Below, piece by piece: positions 10,171 through 21,545 of a stretch of 64,000 nucleotides of DNA. The position numbers and the translations under genes are program-made. The notes under the pieces were generated by a model. The model searched no databases and was not told where the DNA came from. It worked only from the letters and a program-made list of their open reading frames with translations. Source of the stretch: an uncultured Bacilli bacterium (lineage in GTDB: Bacteria > Bacillota_I > Bacilli_A > RF39 > UBA660); contig CASTSB010000006.1 of assembly GCA_949451605.1 (NCBI GenBank), positions 15,592 to 79,591 on the forward strand. Reading direction: 5' to 3'. Positions within the stretch are counted from its first letter, which is position 1. Each line of letters opens with the position of its first letter.

Positions 10171-10848
10171 ATGGAAAGAAGTGAAGCTAAAAATAAAATT
10201 TTGACTTATCTTAAGCAAAATATAAGTAATTATACTGAGAAAGAATTTACATGGATTCTTGAAAATTATGATTATGGTTTAAATGGTAATTTCGCGCCTG
10301 ATATTTTAAGACAGATATATGATGAATTAGGAATTATTAAAGATGAAGATAATATGTATGCGGGATTTGTTGACATACTAGAAAATAAATTTGATATAGA
10401 TAGTAATATTATTGAAGTTGGTAGTGGTGTTATACCTAGTATTGCGAAGCGTATAAGTTTAAAACAAAATAAAGGTACTATTACTGTATATGATCCTAGA
10501 GTAATACCTAATTATCATACTAATGAAAGACTTGTTTTAAAGAAAGAAAAATTTACTAATAAAACTAAAATAAATAAAGCTAATTTATTAATTGGTTTTA
10601 TGCCTTGTACAGCAACAGAATTAATTATAGAGAAAGCAGTTAATAATAAAAAAGACTTCTTAATCGGTTTATGTGAAGGTGGATGTTCTGATTATGATGA
10701 TTATTATGATGAGAATGCTTGGTTAGATTATATTTGTGATTATGCGGATAAAATGTTAAAGAAGAAAAAATTAGGAAAACTTGAAAAAACTGATTTAAAA
10801 ATATATGGTGATCCATATCCAGTGATTTATAGTAAAAGAAGAAATTAA
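10171..10848 (+). CDS. Putative class I SAM-dependent methyltransferase-like protein
   Basis: IIEVGSG motif-I-like, ITVYDP, LLIGFMPCTATE..FLIGLC. Confidence 0.45.
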   Translation: MERSEAKNKILTYLKQNISNYTEKEFTWILENYDYGLNGNFAPDILRQIYDELGIIKDEDNMYAGFVDILENKFDIDSNIIEVGSGVIPSIAKRISLKQNKGTITVYDPRVIPNYHTNERLVLKKEKFTNKTKINKANLLIGFMPCTATELIIEKAVNNKKDFLIGLCEGGCSDYDDYYDENAWLDYICDYADKMLKKKKLGKLEKTDLKIYGDPYPVIYSKRRN

Positions 10849-10897
10849 AGTTTCTTTTTTTTCTTTTTATGATATAATCATCTTAGAGTATAAAGAG

Positions 10898-11722
10898 GTG
10901 ATTAATTTGAAGAATATCGAATTTTTAGTATCTAATGGGGTAGATATTGATTCTAGTTTAGAGCTTTTTGGAGATATTAAGACTTATAATGATACTTTAG
11001 GAGAATTTATAGTAAGTGCTAGAGAAAAGCTTAATAAACTTGCTAATTACAAAAGTAGTAAGGATATAGCTAATTATGCTATTTATGTTCATTCTTTGAA
11101 AAGTGATGCTAAATATTTTGGATTTAAAGATTTAGCGCAAATTGCTTTAGAACATGAAGAAAAGAGTAAAGCTGGAGACTTATTTTATGTAGAGGATAAT
11201 TTTGCTGCTTTAGAAGATTTAGTTAATAAGTCAATTAATATAGCTAGTTCATATTTAAGTGGTGATGAAGCTAGTATTTTAGATGAGAAAAATAAGGTAG
11301 AAAATACTAATATTAGCTCTGGAGAAGTTTATACTACAAAAGCTATATTAGTTGTAGATGATTCTAATATAATTACTAATTTTGTTAAAAGAATATTTGA
11401 TCAAAATTACAATGTAGGCATGGCTAAAAATGGTCAAGAGGCTATTGAAATTATTAATTCTAATAAAGATAATGAAAATATTAGTGCTATACTTCTTGAT
11501 TTAAATATGCCTGGAGTAGATGGGTTTGCAGTACTTGATTTTATGGAGAAAAATAATTTATTAAATAAAATGCCAGTTTCTATAATTTCTGGTGATTCTT
11601 CAAAAGAAACTATTGATAAAGCTTTTAAATATCCTATTGTTGATATGCTTGGAAAACCATTTACCCAAGATGATGTAAAAAGAATAGTAGAAAAAACAAT
11701 AATGTATAAAGATATTATATAA
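10898..11722 (+). CDS. HPt-receiver fusion (orphan response regulator with no output domain)
   Basis: N-terminal YVHSLKSDAKYFG HPt motif; C-terminal LVVDDS, LLDLNMPGVDG, ISG, KPF receiver motifs. Confidence 0.85.
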   Translation: MINLKNIEFLVSNGVDIDSSLELFGDIKTYNDTLGEFIVSAREKLNKLANYKSSKDIANYAIYVHSLKSDAKYFGFKDLAQIALEHEEKSKAGDLFYVEDNFAALEDLVNKSINIASSYLSGDEASILDEKNKVENTNISSGEVYTTKAILVVDDSNIITNFVKRIFDQNYNVGMAKNGQEAIEIINSNKDNENISAILLDLNMPGVDGFAVLDFMEKNNLLNKMPVSIISGDSSKETIDKAFKYPIVDMLGKPFTQDDVKRIVEKTIMYKDII

Positions 11723-11828
11723 AATTAAAGTACATATAAATTTTATAATTTATAAGCTTTTTATACATTAAATTCATATGAAGTTTCATACTAAGTGGTG
11801 TAAAACGATAATTGAGGTGTAAAGAAAG

Positions 11829-12503
11829 ATGGATAAATATAAAAGTAGATCTATTATGATAATAATATTATTAGTTGGTGTTATTAGCCTTTCAATTGGA
11901 CTTGCAGTTTTTTCATCAACTTTAAATATTAAATCTGGTACAACTGTTAGTCCAGACCCTTCTAAATTTAAAATAGCTGCTTCTGCTTCTAAAGATAATA
12001 CTACTTCTTTGCAAATTTCTCCTTCTGCTTATGTTTTACCTTCAGGGTTAATAAGTAACTCTTCTACTGCGACTATTACTAATTCAGGCAATATGGTAAC
12101 TATTTCTAATGTTAAACCTTATTTTACTGCTCCTAGACAAATAATTGAGTATATATTTTATGTTCATAATATAGGAGAGTATCCAGCTTATTTAAAGAGT
12201 TATTCTCAGTTTCTTTTACCGAGATGTGTATCTCTTGAAGGAACAACAGATTCTTTAGTTCAACAAGCGTGTAATGATATTAATACTGGAATTTGTCTAT
12301 TAGATTTTAATGGTAGATGTAATAATAGCCAATCTGACTTAGATAAAAACAATTATGTTATTCCGGTAGGTGGTAGTACAAAGATTTCTGTAAGATTAAA
12401 TTATTCATTACATTCTAATAGGGATAATGTAGTTGCAGATGGACCTTTCACAGTAGAATTTGATAATATAAATATTGTATTTGGATCTCAACCTACAAGT
12501 TAA
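11829..12503 (+). CDS. Exported ~230-aa TasA/CalY-like protein (family B, copy 1)
   Basis: SIGLA-VFSSTLNIKS junction, FTAPRQ..YIFYVHNIG, C-x14-C, DGPFTVEF; paralogous to 35154 and 57973. Confidence 0.7.
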   Translation: MDKYKSRSIMIIILLVGVISLSIGLAVFSSTLNIKSGTTVSPDPSKFKIAASASKDNTTSLQISPSAYVLPSGLISNSSTATITNSGNMVTISNVKPYFTAPRQIIEYIFYVHNIGEYPAYLKSYSQFLLPRCVSLEGTTDSLVQQACNDINTGICLLDFNGRCNNSQSDLDKNNYVIPVGGSTKISVRLNYSLHSNRDNVVADGPFTVEFDNINIVFGSQPTS

Positions 12504-12512
12504 AAAATAAAC

Positions 12513-12536
12513 AAACTAGCATCATTGCTAGTTTTT
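12513..12536 (+). terminator. Intrinsic terminator
   Basis: aaactagca-tcat-tgctagttt hairpin plus T run. Confidence 0.8.
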
Positions 12537-12599
12537 ATTTGCTTCAATATGTAAAATGTATTATACTGATATTGTTAATTAAATTACTAGTTGTAGGAA

Positions 12600-13532
12600 G
12601 TGAAATATATGGATAGAAGTGCAATTGATTATTTGCTTTTTTTGGAGAAAAATGATAGTTTCTTTTATAAAAATTTTAAAGATTTTATTGTTTTTGCAAG
12701 TGAAGTAAATAAAAATTTACAAGATGAAGAGTATATAGATTTAAAAAATGCAAAAGACAATGATTATAAAGTATTATTAAAGGACAAGAGGACTTCTATT
12801 AATATAGTAAAAAATTTCTTTTATAAAGTTTCTCCGAGTATAATTAAGCAAATAGATTATGATGTTGCTAATGAAAATATACTATTTTTGCCTAAAAATC
12901 AATTTAAAGATATTAAAAGTAGAATTAATGTATTAGATAAAAGTTACAAAATAGAAATATCTGAATCTAACAAAATAGAAGAAAGCTTTTTACTTGTTAG
13001 GGAGTATACACATTTATTTGTTGGGAATATATTAGAGTTTACTGATATTGAAGAAGGACTTAAAAAGATTTATTTAGAATCGATCACTAGTTTATGTGAG
13101 TTTGCTCTTGCTAAACATTTAAGTTTTAATATGACTTTAGCTGCAGATTCAAGAATGTATATTTTTAAAAAGATTTATGATTCAATTTATAAGATGAATG
13201 ATTCATATTTAACTTTAAGTTATTTAGGTTATTTGTTGGAAGGGAAGACTCATGAAGATATAGTTAAATATTTAGGTGATGAAAAAATAGTTAATTATTT
13301 GAATAAGATAATAATAGAAAAGAAACCATGTAATGACTATATAAATACTTTAAGTGTTGTCATGGCATTAAAGCTTACTAATAATACAGATAATATTTAT
13401 AATCTTTTGAATAAATTTTATATAAAGGCTGCAGAAAAAGATGTTGAGTATTTAAAGGCTAATTTAATAGTTAATTTAGATCAAAAAGAGGCAGTCAATG
13501 AAATTACTCACTATATAAGAAATAATAAGTAA
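12600..13532 (+). CDS. Hypothetical protein with degenerate zincin-like motif
   Basis: 310-aa ORF; LLVREYTHLF followed by YLESITSLCE. Confidence 0.6.
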   Translation: MKYMDRSAIDYLLFLEKNDSFFYKNFKDFIVFASEVNKNLQDEEYIDLKNAKDNDYKVLLKDKRTSINIVKNFFYKVSPSIIKQIDYDVANENILFLPKNQFKDIKSRINVLDKSYKIEISESNKIEESFLLVREYTHLFVGNILEFTDIEEGLKKIYLESITSLCEFALAKHLSFNMTLAADSRMYIFKKIYDSIYKMNDSYLTLSYLGYLLEGKTHEDIVKYLGDEKIVNYLNKIIIEKKPCNDYINTLSVVMALKLTNNTDNIYNLLNKFYIKAAEKDVEYLKANLIVNLDQKEAVNEITHYIRNNK

Positions 13533-13589
13533 ATATTGAATAAAATTAGATTTTGTGTTATCTTATATGAGAAATAAGGAGGTATTAGT

Positions 13590-14312
13590 ATGAGTGGACA
13601 TTCAAAATGGGCTACAATTCACAGAAAAAAAGGACTTTTGGATCAACAACGTGGTAAAGTTTTTCAAAAGTTAGCAAAAGAAATCATGGTTGCTGCAAAA
13701 GGTGGAAGTCCTGATCCACAACAAAATGCCGCACTAAGATTAGTTGTAGATAAAGCTAAGGCTCAAAATATGCCTAAAGATAATATTCAAAAGGCAATTG
13801 ATAAAGCAGTAGGTGCAGGAGACTCTGCAAACTTTGAAAGTATTCGTTATGAAGGGTATGGACATGGTGGAGTTGCATTTATGGTTGATTGTTTAACAGA
13901 TAACCGTAATAGAACAGCATCTCAAGTTAGAAGTTCATTTACAAAAGCTGGAGGGAACTTAGGAACAGATGGTTCAGTTAGTTATATGTTTGAACGTCGT
14001 GGGTCTATTGTTATTCCATCTGACTATGATGAAGATACAATGATGATGACTGCACTAGATGCAGGAGCACTTGACTTTGAACGTGTTGAAGATACTTATG
14101 TAATTACTACTGAACAAGGTTCATTTACTGCAGTTCGTGATGCTTTAGAAGACGCTGGAGTAAAGGAATTTATGGAATGTGAACTTACTTATGTTCCTAA
14201 TATGGAAGTTACACTTGATGAAGAGGGCGCAGAAAAAGTTCATAATTTAGTAGATACATTAGAAGATTTAGATGATGTACAAGATGTATACTATAATTTA
14301 AAAGAGGATTAG
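13590..14312 (+). CDS. yebC: YebC/PmpR family protein
   Basis: MSGHSKWATI, YEGYGHGGVA, TDNRNRT, LEDLDDVQDVY. Confidence 0.97.
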   Translation: MSGHSKWATIHRKKGLLDQQRGKVFQKLAKEIMVAAKGGSPDPQQNAALRLVVDKAKAQNMPKDNIQKAIDKAVGAGDSANFESIRYEGYGHGGVAFMVDCLTDNRNRTASQVRSSFTKAGGNLGTDGSVSYMFERRGSIVIPSDYDEDTMMMTALDAGALDFERVEDTYVITTEQGSFTAVRDALEDAGVKEFMECELTYVPNMEVTLDEEGAEKVHNLVDTLEDLDDVQDVYYNLKED

Positions 14313-14342
14313 TTCTTCTTTTTTTGTTTGTTTTATTAACCT

Positions 14343-14819
14343 TTATTGGTTATTGGATGTTTAACTATTGGATTTGCAACTTTTTCTAGTATTTTGAATA
14401 TAAAATCTTAAACTACTATATCGAACTCAAATTTATGATTTTTATATACATAATGTTTTTAAATTAAATGCATATTGGAAGAGATTAGAAATTAAAAAGG
14501 CAGGAAGCGATGAAAAAGCAACTAGTCAGAGTCAGTGTATAAAGTGTATAGCTAGATAAGGGACAACAGATACCTTGGTTCAAGCAACTTGTAAATATAT
14601 TAAGGTCATGATAGTTAAGGCTCCTCTTGAAGGGCATGGTGGTCTAAATTGTTCATTTAATGTTCCTCGCAATGAACTTATCGCCCCAACAATAAAATAT
14701 ATTTTTATGTAGAAATATATTTTTATTATAATGTATATGTTAAAAATTCTGTTATGGCGGATGGTCCGTTTGATGTTTAAATAGGAAATATAGAATTTGA
14801 GTTTTCTTCTCAACCATAA
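14343..14819 (+). pseudogene. Decayed family B (TasA-like) paralog
   Basis: Fragments LVIGCLTIGFATFSSILNIKS*, FYIHNVFKLNAY...CIAR*GTTDTLVQATC and MADGPFDV*IGNIEFEFSSQP*; several stops, an internal deletion, no start codon. Confidence 0.85.
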
Positions 14820-14848
14820 ATTGAATTCTAAAAAGAATTCTTTTTTGT

Positions 14849-14862
14849 AGAAAAAATGTTCG
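14849..14862 (+). promoter_or_regulatory. Putative LexA (SOS) box upstream of ruvA
   Basis: AGAAAAAATGTTCG versus Gram-positive consensus CGAACRNRYGTTCG; just upstream of the TTGCTT..TATAAT promoter. Confidence 0.45.
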
Positions 14863-14917
14863 ATATACTTTGCTTATAGGACTAATTTAGTTTATAATAG
14901 ATATGGAGTTGAGTAGA

Positions 14918-15481
14918 ATGTATGATTATATAAAAGGAACAATTACAGGAATTAAGAATAATGCGATAGTACTAGACAATAATGGAATTGGTTATTTAGT
15001 ATATGTAGCTAATCCTTTCTCTTTTGAGTTAGGAGAAGAGTATAAAGTTTATATTTATCAACAAATACAAGAAGATGGACATTTTCTTTATGGATTTAAA
15101 CTTTTAGAAGAGAAAGATTTATTTTTAAAACTTATTAGTGTTAAAGGTGTTGGATGTAAAATGGCTCTTCCTTTCTTATCAACTGGTTCTATATCTGGAA
15201 TTATGGATGCGATAGAAAGAGAAAATGTATTATATTTAAAAAAATTTCCTAAGATTGGAGAGAAAGTTGCAAGACAAATTATTCTTGATTTAAAGGGGAA
15301 ACTTGAATTTATTGGAGTTGGAATTTCTGATGACCAAGTTAATACTGAACAAGAGTTAAAAGAAGTACTTGTTGGACTTGGATATAAAGAAAAGGAGATC
15401 GTTCCTGTACTTGCTAGAGTTGATACTTCTTTAAAAATAGAAGATCAAGTAAAAGATGCATTAAAGTTATTACTTAAATAG
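14918..15481 (+). CDS. ruvA: Holliday junction branch migration protein RuvA
   Basis: MYDYIKG, LYGF, LISVKGVGCKMA, PKIGEKVARQIILDLKGK. Confidence 0.97.
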   Translation: MYDYIKGTITGIKNNAIVLDNNGIGYLVYVANPFSFELGEEYKVYIYQQIQEDGHFLYGFKLLEEKDLFLKLISVKGVGCKMALPFLSTGSISGIMDAIERENVLYLKKFPKIGEKVARQIILDLKGKLEFIGVGISDDQVNTEQELKEVLVGLGYKEKEIVPVLARVDTSLKIEDQVKDALKLLLK

Positions 15482-15490
15482 GAGGTCAGT

Positions 15491-16492
15491 ATGAGAGATG
15501 AAAGTGTTATAAAAAATTATTCTTTATATGATGATCAAGAGATCGATAATACAATAAGACCTGAATCAATTGAAGAATATATTGGTCAAAGTGATGTTAA
15601 AGAAAATATTAAAGTATTTATTGAGGCTGCAAAGATGAGAAATGAAGCTTTGGATCATGTTTTATTATATGGACCTCCAGGACTTGGAAAAACAACTCTT
15701 TCTTTTATCATTGCGCATGAGATGGGAACAAATATTAAAACTGCTAGTGGACCAAGTATAGAAAAGAGTGGAGATTTAGCAGCAATATTATCTTCTCTAG
15801 AGCCGGGGGATGTATTGTTTATTGATGAGATTCATCGTATGCCAAGATATATTGAAGAGATTTTATATCCAGCTATGGAGGATTTTTCTTTAGATATAAT
15901 TGTAGGTAGTGAAGGAAATAGTAGAAATATAAAAATAGATTTACCGCCTTTTACATTAGTAGGAGCTACTACTAGAGCAGGAGATTTATCATCTCCATTA
16001 AGAGATCGTTTTGGTATAGTATCTAAGCTTCAGTTTTATACTGTTGATGAACTTGAGACGATAATTAAGAGAACTGCAAGAGTTTTACAAGTAGAATGTG
16101 ATGATGAAGCAGCGCATGAACTTGCTAAAAGAAGTAGAGGAACACCAAGAATTGCTAATAGACTATTTAAAAGAGTTCGTGATTTTGCACTTGTTAAAAA
16201 TGATGGTGTAGTTGATTTAAATATTACACTTGAAGCATTAAAAAGATTAAAAGTTGATGATTTAGGTCTTGATAATACAGATCATGAATTATTACTTGCT
16301 ATTATTAATAAATTTAATGGTGGCCCTGTTGGAATAGAAGCTATAGCGTCATCCATTGGTGAAGAGGTCACTACTATAGAAGATGTTTGTGAACCTTATT
16401 TGTTGCAAGAAGGATTAATAAAGAGAACAAGTAGAGGAAGAATTGTTACTGATAGGGCTTATGATATTTTAGGAATAGAGAGAAAAAAATAA
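15491..16492 (+). CDS. ruvB: Holliday junction helicase RuvB
   Basis: [27 protein letters not shown]. Confidence 0.99.
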   Translation: MRDESVIKNYSLYDDQEIDNTIRPESIEEYIGQSDVKENIKVFIEAAKMRNEALDHVLLYGPPGLGKTTLSFIIAHEMGTNIKTASGPSIEKSGDLAAILSSLEPGDVLFIDEIHRMPRYIEEILYPAMEDFSLDIIVGSEGNSRNIKIDLPPFTLVGATTRAGDLSSPLRDRFGIVSKLQFYTVDELETIIKRTARVLQVECDDEAAHELAKRSRGTPRIANRLFKRVRDFALVKNDGVVDLNITLEALKRLKVDDLGLDNTDHELLLAIINKFNGGPVGIEAIASSIGEEVTTIEDVCEPYLLQEGLIKRTSRGRIVTDRAYDILGIERKK

Positions 16493-17040
16493 TGAGTAAG
16501 AATAAAAAAGTATTTGAGGCAGATACAGATTATAAAGAGTTTAAGAATATTATATTAAATAATACAGATACAACTTTGATGATAGATTGTGATATTTTAA
16601 AAGATGGTTTAAAAGTAATAAATAAGGCTGATGAAATGTTAAATAAAAAGATATTAGAATTTTCACATTATATAGATTTAAAATTAAGATCTTCAACTGA
16701 TAATAGATTTAGAAAAATTCCAAACATTATTATGGGGAGCTTTTTAATTAATAAATATGATTTAGATTTATCATTAGAGGAGATGTCTATTCTTACAAAT
16801 CATATTTTAGATAGGTCATATGACAATATTGATTTTGTAGTTAATTATTATAATAAAGATTTACTTGATGTTGTATCTTCTAAAACAACTGATTATCACT
16901 ATCAAGAAGAATTAATGAATTTGGTTGATTTAAGAGAAGACAGTGATATTTTAAATTATATAAGGACTGGTAATTTAGAAGAACTTGTGGTAGAATCACA
17001 TAAGTTGCAAAGAGATGTAGCAGATAATTTTAGATTATAG
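16492..17040 (+). CDS. Hypothetical protein
   Basis: 182-aa ORF overlapping the ruvB stop (TAATG); no recognised motif. Confidence 0.7.
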   Translation: MSKNKKVFEADTDYKEFKNIILNNTDTTLMIDCDILKDGLKVINKADEMLNKKILEFSHYIDLKLRSSTDNRFRKIPNIIMGSFLINKYDLDLSLEEMSILTNHILDRSYDNIDFVVNYYNKDLLDVVSSKTTDYHYQEELMNLVDLREDSDILNYIRTGNLEELVVESHKLQRDVADNFRL

Positions 17041-17052
17041 AGAAGGTGTAGT

Positions 17053-18078
17053 ATGCAAGTTGAAGATTTTAATTATGATTTACCTGAGGAGTTAATTGCA
17101 CAAACTCCTTTAGCTGTACGTGATTCTTCTAGATTATTAGTGCTTGATAAAAAAACAGGAGAAGTAAATCATAAAGTTTTTACTGATATAATTAATTATT
17201 TAAATCCTGGAGATGTATTAGTTTTGAATGATACTAAAGTTTTACCAGCAAGATTAATAGGTGTTAAGGAAGAAACTGGAGCTGTAATTGAAGTTTTACT
17301 TTTAAAAAATACTAAGGGTGATGAATGGGAATGTTTAGTTAAACCCGCTAGAAGAATAAAGGTTGGTACGATAGTTTCATTTGGAGATGGAGTATTAAAA
17401 GCAGAATGTATAGGTGAAGCGGATGAAGGTATTAGATATTTTAGATTTATTTATGATGGAATCTTTTTAGAGATACTTGAAAGTCTAGGAACTATGCCTC
17501 TTCCTCCATACATTCATGAAAAGTTGGAAGATCAATCTAGATATCAAACTGTATATGCAAAAGAAGTTGGTAGTGCAGCTGCTCCTACTGCAGGACTTCA
17601 TTTTACTAAAGATTTACTAAAGAAGATTGAAGATAAAGGTATAAGAATAGAGTATGTTACTCTTCATGTTGGTCTTGGAACTTTTAGACCAGTTAGTGTT
17701 GAAAAAATTGAAGAGCATGAGATGCACTCTGAATATTATCAAATGAGTAGTGAAGTAGCAGAAGTTTTAAATGATGCTAAGAAAAATGGCAATAAGATTA
17801 TTGCAGTTGGAACTACTTCTACTAGAACGCTTGAGACTATTGCTTCTAAATATGGAAAGTTTGTAGAATGTAGTGGATGGACTAATATATTTATTTATCC
17901 AGGTTATCAGTTTAAGGGAATTGATAACTTGATTACCAATTTTCATTTGCCAAAATCTACTTTAGTTATGTTAGTTTCAGCTTTAGCAGGAAGAGAAAAT
18001 ATCTTAAATGCTTATAATATAGCTGTTAAAGAAAAATATAGATTTTTCTCATTTGGAGATGCAATGCTAATAAAATAA
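17053..18078 (+). CDS. queA: S-adenosylmethionine:tRNA ribosyltransferase-isomerase
   Basis: [40 protein letters not shown]. Confidence 0.98.
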   Translation: MQVEDFNYDLPEELIAQTPLAVRDSSRLLVLDKKTGEVNHKVFTDIINYLNPGDVLVLNDTKVLPARLIGVKEETGAVIEVLLLKNTKGDEWECLVKPARRIKVGTIVSFGDGVLKAECIGEADEGIRYFRFIYDGIFLEILESLGTMPLPPYIHEKLEDQSRYQTVYAKEVGSAAAPTAGLHFTKDLLKKIEDKGIRIEYVTLHVGLGTFRPVSVEKIEEHEMHSEYYQMSSEVAEVLNDAKKNGNKIIAVGTTSTRTLETIASKYGKFVECSGWTNIFIYPGYQFKGIDNLITNFHLPKSTLVMLVSALAGRENILNAYNIAVKEKYRFFSFGDAMLIK

Positions 18079-18154
18079 CATTGCATTTTTTTTATTTTTA
18101 AAGTTGTTTGTGAAACATTTATTTGTTATACTAAATTAAAATAGAGGTGATTTT

Positions 18155-18861
18155 GTGAATATAAATTATCGTAGAAAAAATAATAAGTTAGTTATTATAA
18201 TAATACTAGTTGTTACAATTTTTGGAGTTTCTATAGGTCTGCAACATTTTCAGAAAACTTAAAAATTAATAGTTCTACTCAAATAAATCCGAGTCCAGAT
18301 AACTTTCAGCTTAATATTACTAGTACTAAAGCTACAACACAAGCAATTCATATAGACCCAGAACTAGGTATAGATGAGCCTTCAGAAGGCGATAGAGTAC
18401 CATCTCTTCCGAAGGCTGCACCAGCAATAATTAATAACACATTAAAAAATCCATATATAGAGAATATTAATGCACAATTTACTGAGCCAGGACAATTAGT
18501 AAAATTTAATTTTTATATCTTTAACCCTGGAAAATATACTGCTTTTGTTAAAGACTCTAAATTTATTAATAAAGTTAATACAGAGTATTATTGGAATGCT
18601 GATATAACTTGTAAGGCTAAAAATGGTGCAACTGAGGCTTTAGTGCAAGATGCGTGCTCTTGTATTTCAACGGGGGTCTATACAGTGGATGATGATGGTA
18701 CATTTATTGATAAAGGAGTTGCAAAACAAACAATTCTCCCAAATGGATTTAGTAAAATGGTTATGATAGGTATTAGTTATGGTTATGGATGTCAAATGCT
18801 AGATGGGCCATTTGATGTAGAAATTAGTGATTCTATGGTTAATTTTTCAACTGCTGAATAA
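18155..18861 (+). pseudogene. Family B (TasA-like) paralog with a single 1-nt deletion frameshift near 18240
   Basis: GTG start after GAGGTG: MNINYRRKNNKLVIIIILVVTIFGVSIGL, continuing in a shifted frame as ATFSENLKINS...FTEPGQLVKFNFYIFNPG...CKAKNGATEALVQDAC...DGPFDVEI; the ORF track shows only 18643-18861. Confidence 0.85.
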
Positions 18862-19077
18862 TAAGAACAATAACTTTTTTTATAAAAAAAGTTATATCAA
18901 TATGTGGTAAATTCTTCTATTTTTATAGAATGTAGTAAATAATTATACTTTTAGTGAAATTGATAAATTTATTATTAAAAGAGTATTGATAAATGTAATT
19001 TAATTAATTTATTCATTGAATTATATAAGATGTTATGTTAGTATAGAGGCAAAAACACTTTGAGAGGGAGAAAGTAA

Positions 19078-21118
<2,041 letters not shown>

Positions 21119-21120
<2 letters not shown>

Positions 21121-21433
21121 ATTCTTGGATAAAAAATACTGGCTTTGAATTATTATAATTTGAAGTTTTTTCTTGAATAGTTTGAGCATTTGATGTACTG
21201 TTTCTAGTTTCTGGAACTTCTGGAGATGTTATTTCATTTGCAATTCTTAACATTGATCTCATATTTGAAACCATTGGTTTTACCTGATAAACGATAGGGA
21301 TTGCTTGATTTATTACACCTAGAGTTTTTTGTGTTCCGTCTAGTATACCACCCCAACTTATATTTTTTAAGCTAGCTAATAATCCAGGTTTTGCCATACT
21401 GGCCATATTTGTCATATATGGATTTGGGTACAT
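21119..21433 (-). CDS. VrrA/YqfQ-like sporulation protein
   Basis: LDGTQKTLGVINQAIPIVYQVKPMVSN and C-terminal SKPVFF resemble YqfQ; upstream CATAAACT is sigmaE-like -10. Confidence 0.65.
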
Positions 21434-21545
21434 AAAAACACCTCTTAATATAGTTTATGAAAAAATAATCAAAAAGTTAATTTAAATATTTAAAAAAATT
21501 TTTAACTATGCTACAATTAAATAGAATAATGAGGAGGTTAGTTGT

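Noticed and set aside
14580-14813. 77-aa minus-strand ORF
   Set aside because: Antisense to a family B pseudogene that explains the sequence.
18643-18861. 72-aa ORF as an independent gene
   Set aside because: It is the 3-prime end of the frameshifted gene starting at 18155.
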